Source of the DNA: Balanoglossus misakiensis
Taxonomy: Eukaryota; Animalia; Hemichordata
DNA: 64,000 bases
NCBI GenBank assembly: GCA_040954595.2
Contig: CM082580.2
Location: forward strand, 13,752,242 to 13,816,241
Direction: 5' to 3'
Shown here one piece after another: positions 13,425 to 24,355 of this stretch. A program made the translations under genes and the position numbers. Below the pieces are notes generated by a model, which had not been told where the DNA came from, ran no database searches, and saw only the letters and a list, made by a program, of their open reading frames with translations. The number at the start of each line of letters is the position of its first letter. The first letter of the stretch is position 1.

Positions 13425-15680
13425 GCGGAAGTAGTTATTTACATCTACCGTGGTGAGATTTTTAAGATTGAAGAAAAATGATAAGAGTTCACTGCACATT
13501 CTGCATCCTTTGGAAGATGTCTGCTGTTCAAGTGATGTCACATTTGGAAACACACAACGTAGCTTTTCACAACTCAGTATCCCTCCGCCATCAGCATCTG
13601 TCACAAGATGGCACCCTCTCAAAAAACCTGAACGATGTAAATCCTGTCACAGATTACGTCCACAAAGAGTCGATGCTGTCATCCATGTTCACAGTTTTTT
13701 TGGCACTGCCAATGATTCAGTGCATGTGCCATGGTAAAAAAAGAAGGAATGCAGATATCTGAATGTTGGCTCGAAAAGGTGCTTAAGTTGATTCTAAAAT
13801 GAAGTGGCCAAAGATTTTCTCTGTGAATTTACTCATTTATTTATACCAGTACAAATATAGGAGGGGCTGGAGAGTTGTTAACAGTGCCACTTCTAAATAA
13901 AATTAAATGGTCAGTAAATGTTCCTAAAAACCACCTACATTGTATTTAATCTGAAAATAAGTCAATAATTTTGACCTTGAACTTTCAGATGGTCAGTTCC
14001 ACTGAACTTAAATACATGTATTATTATTTTGAGTATAACAAATTAAATACTTACACAGATACATGTATGTGTCAAAATTTTTACGGATTTTCTGTTGGAT
14101 GTTGTGTAGTCTTATTTCAGATGCTTTGATTGTGTTTCGATAGGTTTGAGTGAATCTTTTCAATATTCAGGTAAATGACGATAGTTTTTGTTGTATCAGA
14201 TAATAGTTTGTGGATGAGCATGGGTTTAAGACTGAACGAACAGTGGCTACTTGGAAACCTATTTAATTTTTTTTTTATATATGAGCATGCATGTTTATCT
14301 GTAAGGCCAACCTTGGTCGTACTTTGTAGGTTTTAGTTCAAGCTTTGTGTGACATGGAACGAAAAGATATTTGTTTTTCAGAGTACCCTTGGTATACAGA
14401 TAGATTTATTGAATATTACTAGCATATAAAAATACTTCTGTACAGTCTTACTCCATAGATCACAGACATGTCAATTTGCTTCTAAACACTAATTTATTTA
14501 ACTGTGAATAAACACAGGTAATTTTAATTATAGACCATACTTGGTGCTCCATAGAATAGTTTCCCCAATAATTATCATTCTATATTATTTCATCTGTTCA
14601 TTTGTGCAATACAACTCTCCACAAACTTCTTTATTCACACAAATACACCCCAAACTGACTACGCACACTTCTTCAATGGTTAGTGTCGTCCTCAATATGG
14701 CTAATCCGCTAAATGTAAACTGAAAATGAAAGAAAATTTTCCCAGCTTCCTTGCTATTTTAATTTAAATTCATTGGAGGATATATTTATATTTCGAATAA
14801 GCCACAAAATTTTTTTTAAAGATATTTTAAATATTATTTATGTATAATACTGTGTATGCAAAAGGAGTCAATGCAAGAAGTCTGGCATTGAAATAATGCA
14901 GTCAGTTTACAGCTTTGCTATATTGTAGCAAGAAGCTGGTTTAAATGGCTATACAGCCATGTTTTGCTTTGTTACAATCATTATACTTGCTATATGCTTC
15001 CTTGCTACATTGTGGCATAATGTATTGAGAAGACCTGCAACATTGTACCTTTCATGTAATGCAGTATGATGCATCCTTGCTACATTGTTACTTTGACTTG
15101 AGATAATGACCATGGCATGCTATAGAGTGGCATTTGTGATTATGTATGTGATTAAATGTAGTTTGCTACACTTGAACATTGGAATATGTTCACAGCTTTG
15201 TACTTCAAACATTGAGATTTATAATGGCCCAAGTTGATTGTTCTGAAACATGGTAGCAGTTACATTATTTTGTAATTGAGTTTTCCATTATTGTAGCTTT
15301 CAAGCTTGGCATTAATCTAACATAACTAAACTGCTTAATGCATGTCACTCAGTATAGGTTTTTTGTACACAAACAGAATCTTACAAATAAATGATATTGC
15401 TTTCATAGTACATTTGCCAAATAAATTGTTTAAATTTCTAGCGGTTCAGAAGCAAGACAAATAGAGGGGGACTCGATCTGCATGCTGATCATTGTAAATT
15501 AATGCATGTTGAAAGTTTAAAGCAATATATAGCCCTGCTCAGTCAACAACTGAAAACTTGGGAAGCACAAAGCTATTTCTGCATTATGTAATGAAGTGTA
15601 GTTTCTAGCTGGCTTGCTTAACTTTCTTGTATAGCATTTGATGATTACTATTATTAAAATATACCAGTACAAAAACCCAC
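13425..15680 (+). other. MINDY 3'UTR (about 2.0-2.2 kb)
   Basis: AT-rich, CpG-poor sequence after the stop. AATAAA at ~15406 and ~15420, and ATTAAA at ~15653 followed by a GT/T-rich tract. Exact end unknown. Confidence 0.55.
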
Positions 15681-15838
15681 AAACATGGTACTAGCTGTGT
15701 TTTTTTCACTTGTGAACCAACACATTCACATCAGTGTCTCTTGCAATTTTCTGGGATTTCCAACATGATTTAGGACAACTATAAACATTCATAGCCACCA
15801 AAAATAACATATATAGAATTAGATAAACATTTACTTAC

Positions 15839-16060
15839 CTGTCCGTCGATTTGGAGTTAATATTGTTGCGAAATGCGCTCAAAACGAATAAAAAACTGGC
15901 TTCCTCCAACTTTCACTTTCATTGCCAGAGCCAGGTGTACGCGAAACCGGAAGTGTCGTAGTCAACGTGGCGTCGGCTGCTGCATGTGCGCGCGCAAGTT
16001 CAAACCGAGCCGACCAAGCGCCATCTACGAGGTAAACATGGCAACAGGTACTCGCGAAGA
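15839..16060 (-). promoter_or_regulatory. Orphan housekeeping-type promoter plus a leftward first exon ending in a consensus splice donor
   Basis: Dense CpG, ETS motif CCGGAAGT at ~15947-15954, NRF1-like TGCGCGCGCA at ~15987-15996 and YY1-like AACATGGC. Minus-strand donor CAG|GTAAGTAA at 15838-15837. Confidence 0.55.
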
Positions 16061-16597
16061 AATTAGGTTCCCATATATTAGCCGCAATAGTTGAAGCCCC
16101 GGGGACCAGCCGTGGGGTATTAGGGTCAGCTTGGTTATAGAATGAAATTTAATAGGCAATATTTCTGGACTTGACAATCACGAGTAAATAATGTAAAAGT
16201 TTATATCAAGTCCATCAAATAAATACACAGCATCATTATCATTTCAAAATATCTACAGATAAAATTTGCAAACCTTTAGCCCAATTATTGGAAAATTTGA
16301 TAAACAAGCCAATGTAAATGGAGTCATATTCCTGCCAATAGTAGTACTGGATATCAGAAGAATATTTCAGTGTTGTACGTAAGTTATCCACTCTTTCACA
16401 GAGAGTGGTCTGTTCTTTGGTATTTGACTTTTTGTAATTTTTACCCAGCAATCGGGCAGTCCTTCGACAAAATGACACGATTCCTCGTCTTCCCATCAAG
16501 TCTTTCTCTCTCTGTCGAAACTGGATTCTGTCCTGCAAGTCGTTACAAACTCTGCACTCCCGTTTAATAGGAACCAGAAGTCCCACTGCTCTACGAA

Positions 16598-18209
16598 CTA
16601 AGATAGTTTCTGGAGGGAGAATAAATGAAAGCAGTGAATTCAAGTACCACACGATGATAAAGGCATTTACACGTGACTTATAAACCATTTCCCATAAATA
16701 TGATGTGATTTTTTTTCACTGACCTGTCGTTTCATGTAGCAAAGAAAGTTGGTCCATATAAAAACTGCAGTTCCAACGTATAAAACTCTATGTTGCGGCA
16801 GGACAAACAGAAAATTCATGGTCTGCAAAAAAAATCGATACACGAAAGGATGAAACCCATAAGGGACATTTTCGATGGCAACAACGTAACTTTTTTTACC
16901 TTGTGCAAACAAGATTAGTTTGTGAGCACATCTTATGTACACCATCTTGTGGTGATAAGAAACTTATGAATAACGCGAAAATTGTGCGCACAAGAAAATT
17001 ATCTCGCATGCTGTGTTGGTTTCTTATACGCGTAAGGAAGATACAGATGAAAGTTGCCATGGATCTATGGGTGGATGTTGGTGCACAGTGGTATGGTGGT
17101 CACAGTGTGGAGCGACCGTTCGGTCTGGCTACATACCTGTACTGGTATCCAGTACGCCACGCCCGTCAGGTAGGTTGGCCAGAACTTTTGTTTGACTTCA
17201 GACAAAATATCTCCATGTTGTTTTCCTTCCAAAAGACCCAGCCCTGTCAAGAAACGCATGAACTTTAGATGAAGAATTGCAGGTTACACCATTCGTGCAC
17301 CTGTTGTACACCTGTGTGAAGAGTGAACTGGCCAATGGCCTTTAACGATACTCGGACCACTGCACAGCGCCTGCACACTTTAAAGTTGAATGCTGTTCCT
17401 TATTACACTATGAAAGAGTTTGTGACGCACGCCAATATGTATTGTTCTCCGTCGATCTGACCTGTACCTGACAACTTCTATTGTCTGACTGGTGCGTACG
17501 TGGATAGTACAAATCACCTTGACCTGAACAATTCGGGTGAAAATCAGTATGCCATGGTTGAACGAGGCAGTGTTTAGTTCTTGCAGGAGGTTGACAAGAG
17601 GAGACTAAACTAGAAGGATCGGAAAGAAGATTAAAATATTGAAACCTTGGAAATAAAAAAAATCTACTATGTACTATCACCTTCAATGAATATTATGCGC
17701 ATTATTATTTTCTGCTGTAAATTGTGCGGGTATTCCTGCGAATTTCCAGTCGCGGTGATAACATTGAAAATCACGGTGGTTTAAAAAAATTTCCACAATT
17801 TTTGAACAAGTATTTGCAACGGGGCGTTCCTAGGAGTAATTACTAGTATAAGCACATGAAAATATTGACCATGATAAATTCTTCCAGTACGTTTGATTAA
17901 TTTACCTGTGAAGAAGCCGGACACTGTAACCGGTCCTGATATTGATATGTCCAATATGACTTTCCCGAACGCCGTCATCTTCTTCATGCGACCCCCGCCG
18001 ACAAACCTGTCGAGAATGTGAAACCAGCAGAAATTCCACGGTCCATTGAACACGAAGCCGTAAATACCCATCCTTGCTATCTGTTTGGCGTCAAGTCTCT
18101 TTCCTTGCAACAATTGCTGGGTCGTCTCGGACGCCATCAATATACTTCCGATGAACACGGAGCTTCCCAAAAGTCGGCTGCGCATTATACGTCGCACGAA
18201 AGAAGGCAT
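16598..18209 (-). CDS. MPV17L: Mpv17/PMP22 family membrane protein, MPV17L-like, 4 exons, 173 aa
   Basis: Exons 18209-17906, 17243-17137, 16822-16724 and 16609-16598 (KLS*); GT-AG and phase-consistent (522 nt). Family motifs SETTQQ, RMGIYGFVFNGPWNFCWFHILD, KVILD, KQKFWPTYLTGVAYWIPVQTMNFLFV and FIWTNFLCY; four hydrophobic segments. The last mini-exon is the least certain part. Confidence 0.85.
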
Positions 18210-19419
18210 TTCTCTTGAACGCCGGTTGTCATAGCATCAACCAAGAGTTGATCCCACCACAGACAGCAGCAGTCTTTTCAACTATGCTTCAGCCACGAAG
18301 CTTAGATACTATAACGCCGGTCTTACCAATGTCATGTTTTTCAACACGACGGGAACAGCACCTCAGCGACACACAATTAAGACTGACGTCCTGGATTTGG
18401 TTCACCCAAATTCAATACCACTATTATAACACCTGATGAATACCTTCCTCGGAGATAAGAATCACCAAATTCAATTTCACTTCTGACGCAAACAACGACG
18501 TATTCACCTCAGAGTGGAAATAAGCATATCATGAACAGTTAAATTTGCGTCGTCTGTTATGTAATCTGATGTAATCTATTGTCATTTTAACCTATACTCT
18601 CTCTCACTAACGGTTTACTATCACTGGTCTTGTTTGCATATATGCATAAATTGAAATATTTAAAGTAATATATGAATGAATTAAAATGACAAGTCATTAC
18701 AATAATTCTTCCAAAACTTAAGCATTTCAAAGCATATTACGTACACATTTTAGTACCACTTTGGCAGTAAGTAGCACTTGATTTTCAACCACGAACACCG
18801 GCCCTACAAGTACAGTTTCAGTCCACATTTAAAACCAAACATTATTCTAATGTTACATATATCAACAATTGAATTTATAAATATGAATACTGTTCATAAT
18901 GCCGTTTAGCAATTATGCATTGGTCTGACGACCAGTACGTGGAAACATTCTCAAGGAATATGAGTAAGCATGCATGTCACCAAAATAACGGTATTAAAGC
19001 CCTAATGCGATTTACTACATTTTTGTCAAATTCATAAGAACAACGATAAAGTGAGTTGCTGTTATGCAAACAAATATTCTGTTTGCCTCTGAAACAAAAG
19101 GATACTATACAAGAGCATATATTGAATCGGCAGGTGTGTTTTTGGCATGTGACAGCGCCCTCACAACTTGGGGAGCTGACTTTATAATGTGAGGCCGCCC
19201 TCACAGGGTAGGCTGTGGTGCAAGCGAGGCCAATAGAGAAAGTTGACCAATCACACCGAGTGGATTTGCCAATGGGCCTAGCTTTAAGTTCAAATAAATG
19301 ATAGCTGCATGAGGACTTATGAAAAAGGTGTATACTGTATAATACACCATGTGACAGCTAAGTCAGATTCGTGAAACACGTAGGAACTTGCCAGTAACGA
19401 AATACACAACACCAAAATG

Positions 19420-22400
19420 TCTCATTGATTTGTACCAATTTATTCTTTTCTTTTTGTCATCCTAGATTCTACAAACTACAAAATAAACACTTTCAGCACT
19501 AACTACTCTAAAAATTCTACGGCTAAACCTGAAAAAACTTCTCTGTACAAAAACTGAAAAGGAACAAATTTAACAAAGGAAAAAAGATAAAACAAACAAA
19601 AAAATCAAAATTACTCTCAAAAAAGACACTGGTGTCAGTCTTCGTCATAACTTTAAAAAAAATTGACATGAACTTATGCATGATACCTCTTTTGCTGTGG
19701 TCAAAACTGTACACTGGTGAAAAAATAAATTAGTCTCTGTTGAAAAAATCCCTCAGTAATAATTTATAGATATCTCCTCAATACCGTCTTTTACCCATAA
19801 TTCCATAGGAAAATAATTTCTTCAAAACAGTAATGCAAATACAGTCAACCATTTAAAATCCGAACACATACAATTCTTAGCATAAGGTTCAATAGTCTAT
19901 TGATGTATAATAATAAATCAAACCTACTGAGTATTTCATAATATCTCTCTGGATTTTTTTATACATCTCGTTTACAATCTACAGGCCAGTGGTAGGAAAT
20001 CAATGTGAAACACCTGACCAGGTTTATAAATACATTATAGTGCTGTATTTACAGTAACCATAGTAACCAAACAAAACAAACCATTTGCCTATCTCTTATA
20101 TGTTTATATACTTTAAGCTGCTCTCGGATTTCCTTGTTGGCTGGGGGGTCTGCAGAACCGAAGTATAGCGGTCGATTTGTAACGGTTTCATATAGCAGCC
20201 AGGTTCGAAATTGGCCTAGGCCTTGATGTATGTTATGAACTTATAAAATTTGGTGACCTGTCATCACCCACGACCCCGGTTTTTGTTACATTTGACCCAG
20301 CTAGTCTTCAGTATGGCTGCCAAACATGGTCGTTTCAAATTTCCTAAACCCTTGACACATAGTTCTAGCACAACTGACAACAGTTGAAAATGTAGATTGG
20401 CCTTTTATATTTATCATATACAAAAATGATATTACTTGTCTTCGAGAACTTGAAGTTCGAGGTGAAAGTGTTGATGGTTTTTTTGGAGCTGATGGTAACT
20501 TGTTTGATGATCAGTCACCAGAGAATGCAAAAGTGAGAATTCCCAACTGTTCTTGTGCTAGATCTATGCGTACAAGGATAAACCTTTTCCATCAGCAACT
20601 TGCTCTAACCCTTTACACAGGAGCGCGGGGTTAGATTATTTTATGGGGAAACGGGGTTGGTAAAGGTGAACATTTTGAATCCCCCAGCTTTTCAACATTC
20701 AAAACTACACTTGTGATAACTGTTCATTTCACCATACTTGTGTGAACGTTTCAAATACATCAATGCTGTTACAAAGATCACCAGAGATATGCTATATTTC
20801 TTATTTCAGCGAATTTGGCAAAAAAGGCAAGTGAAAATCAGTAAGGCCCCAAAACACAGCAAATCTTTCTCTTACATTGGTTTTACAGAAGTCTGCAGCT
20901 GTGTCGTTTTTTAAAAGGTTTTTACAAAATTTCTGCCAAGCTCAACTGACTGAAGTCGAGGATGGCCCTCCCGTGGTTTTAAAACAGATTTCTCAGACAA
21001 AAATCACAAGTGTAATTTTTTTCTGTTGGCAAAGACTGTGCAGCCATCTGCTTCAATTCACTACAGAGGCAGAAAAGGAAATCTCTCCAAAGGCACACAC
21101 ATCACTAAAACCCAATCTCTTTCGCGAACATATACCAAACCTGTTCAAAATTGCATTTAAATTTACAACTACTGTGGACTGAGCTTGATCATGAGAATAT
21201 ACAGTGGTGAGACCTATGTGTTCTGGGAATGGGAGTTGACTACATAGATGTGTCATGGCAGTTGTGCGAAAAACAACTGGCCAATCGGTGTGCAGCATCC
21301 AAGATTTTGGCAAGCTGTGCTAAATTGTGATTGGTCATCACTGTTGCAAATGTGACTGTGATTACAATGATCTCTTTCATTTCAAAATTTGTTCCGAAAG
21401 ATTTCAGTTTCTGATATTTGAAGAGTACATGTGAACAAAACAGACCACTTTCTTCATATTTTCATGTAAAAAAAATTTGACTTTTAGAGCAAGCAGATTG
21501 TTTGTGTAGTTGTGCGTGTATGTTTTCTCACAAAGGAAAACAGTCTTGTCTGAGGTAAACATGATGGTTTTCCACCGGACTGCAAATTGGTCTGAAATCA
21601 GACAGTTGGGGGCGCTGCTCATACACGCACACACAGAGCACAAAGGCAACATTTGCAGGACAGCACAAACCGATGGCATTACAATATTTGCAGGACAGCA
21701 CATACCGATGGCATTAACAGCCGAAGAGCTGATGGCATATGGAAACAGTAGACACTGGCTAACTCCTCTATTTACAAATCAAATACACAAGCAAGACCGG
21801 TGGGAAACACACCCATGAATTTTACAGAATACTGACTGAAAAAAATGGATAAAAATCTTATTATAACTGACAAATAGACAGAAATATCAATGCACAAGTC
21901 CAAGAGATTTTTGTAAAGAATTCACTGTCTCTCAAATTATCCCTTCTTTCAATTTGTCTAAACTTTAAATTTCCACCAACGAATGAATGAAAAAAAAATT
22001 CTTTAAAAAAAAAGAATTTACAAGAAACGTAAATTCATTTCTGTATCTACTAAAACTTAAGAATTTCACCTTTGACCTACAACAGAAACTCATTTTGTTT
22101 CCCGCAAAAAAAAAACAACAACTTAGGAAATCTAAATTCCACTACAACTGTTTCTGAAAGATTCTAAACCAAACTGTAAAAGTTTACACACGCACACACA
22201 CATTATACCTTTATTATTCGCCCCATTCGCAACCATACAGAATTCATTACAGCATTAAAAACTTGAATCAAATAACTCTAAAACGGTGACTTTTTAAACC
22301 TCTCACTCATCAAGATTCACACTGTAAAACTGAAAAAAAAAAACTGTTCTAAAACTGATTCACTTGAAAACAAATTCTGCTGAAGACAGGCTCATTAACT

Positions 22401-23854
22401 AAACTACAATGAACTGCAGGGGAGATTGAAAATGAAGGAGGTTGAATTCATCTTTTCTTTCTTTCTTTCACACCCTTCTTCATCCCTTGGAAGACTTCTA
22501 AAAACCTCATTATAAACATGTTACCTTTAACAATCAAATATATTTTTTTGATAAATTTTAACATCCTATCACGTTAATTGAGCTTGGAAAAAAAGCATTT
22601 TCTGCTTAAAAAGAAAAATGGTGCCATCGCATTGTAGACATAGGCAATACAAAAGGTTAATCAAAAAGAAGTGTGACACTTTCCTATAACACTGTCCTAT
22701 AACAGACAGATTTATGAAGAACTGTAACTGATTTTTTGGATTTTGAGTAAGTATTAAACACAATCAAATCTTAGTATTTCAGTACAGATATTGGTCTTGG
22801 CCACTGCTGGATGGTCAATGGCAGCCATCTTGGCTAGTGCTTGACAACAGCAGCCATCTTGGCCACTGCTTGACAACAGCAGCCATCTTGGCCAAGAATT
22901 TTGACATCATCACAAGCAGCAGGCATCTTGGCCACAGTTTGACAACTGTGGCGTAACAAAACCTGAGGTGTCTTTGGTCAGCGAAGGAATAATGGCCATT
23001 GATTGAGGAAAAACATAATCACTAAAATTTTCACTCAGAAATGTGTTGTATTTCTGTTAACAGTGAAACGTAAGAGTGCAGAAAATATTTTCTGGTGTGA
23101 CCTGCAGAAAGTAAATGATTCTCAAAATGGCTCCCTAACTTGTTACAACAACATTTCATAGCATTCCATCAATGACTGCCACCCACTACTGTGTGGACCC
23201 AAATCCAAAAACAGCCGACAATTTGTACCTCAAAGGCAGACTCTGTATTTTGATAAGCAAAGACTGCCCAGCTGCAGAATTAGAAAATACGCTATCATGT
23301 TAAAAAAGAAATGAAGAACTCAACCACCTTCACGAGAAACACCTCTGCAGTATCCATACATTAAAAATCTGTCATTTCTTCCAAATTTCACTAAAAAACT
23401 GACAAAAGAACTTTACATTCATCTATTCTCCACTGACAACATTAAAACCAATTTTTTTTTTCAACAAAACTTTACAAGTCACTCATTGCTACAAAAAAAG
23501 AATCACATGGAATTTACTGGACAATTTCTAGAACTTATTTTTTAAGTCACTGACACTGACTGGAAAACCTCAAAAATAACTCTCTTCAAATAAGAAAATA
23601 TACTATAGTTATTTTCTCTTGTAATTCATCTTTAAAATCATGATGTATCATTTCTAGAATCATTTGCAGCAAAAAATAACACAAAATATGTTTTCTTTCT
23701 TCATTTTCTTCAGAAGCCTACATGATTTTTTCCACAGTTAAATCTTAACCATATGAGGTGTAGTTGTTGTTGTTTTCTGCAGCTCAAGTTCTCAATTGCA
23801 CACTGGGTTCATCAGCCTCCATTCTGTCTCTTAACAGTATTTCTTCATAATCTT
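19420..23854 (-). other. RBMS terminal exon / long U-rich 3'UTR (about 4.4 kb)
   Basis: Acceptor tttttctaaacag| at 23856-23855. Many U-tracts on the minus strand. AATAAA on minus at 19444-19439. Confidence 0.6.
22796..22947. repeat. Degenerate ~29-bp tandem repeat (CAGCCATCTTGGCCACTGCTTGACAACAG), about 4-5 copies
   Basis: cagccatcttgg occurs three times, with degenerate flanking copies. Confidence 0.85.
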
Positions 23855-24355
23855 CTGTTTAGAAAAATAAAGATATAGAAAGTCATTAATGTTTTGTTAT
23901 TTTTCAAATCAAGGCATTTGCCATTCACTTAGTACACACATCTTTCACTTGTGCTTGCTGGGAGATGTCGACTACAGACCAATATGTTACTTAAAACACT
24001 CTGAAATCAAAATGGCTGCCAGTTTCCATGGCAACACTATGAGAAAACGAAGAGCTACAGAACACATTACTGAAGATTGAAAACACAAAGTCTCTCACTC
24101 TGTGTTACACGTAGAGCCGAGTTAATCATCGCTTCAACAGGCGACTGAATAACCCAGAGCAGGTGTCAGCCAACAGAAGCGAGACAACAGGAGTCCAGCT
24201 GTACGCTTAGTCAAACAAACAGTTACATACAAATGAATTGCAGGCACTCTGCTGCAGGGCAGCTGTTCAGGTCAAAGGTCATAATCCAAGGGAGTGTAAT
24301 GACCAGACCACTTACTAGGCAATCTTTTCAAGTGACTTTTTTTCTTCTCGTTCAT

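Noticed and set aside
16239-16688. 149-aa minus-strand ORF downstream of MPV17L exon 3
   Set aside because: Out of phase with the exon 3 donor (the spliced frame gives KLS*), and no recognisable domain.
22796-22947. Repeat array superficially like a CRISPR array
   Set aside because: No unique spacers, no cas genes, and it sits in a eukaryotic 3'UTR.
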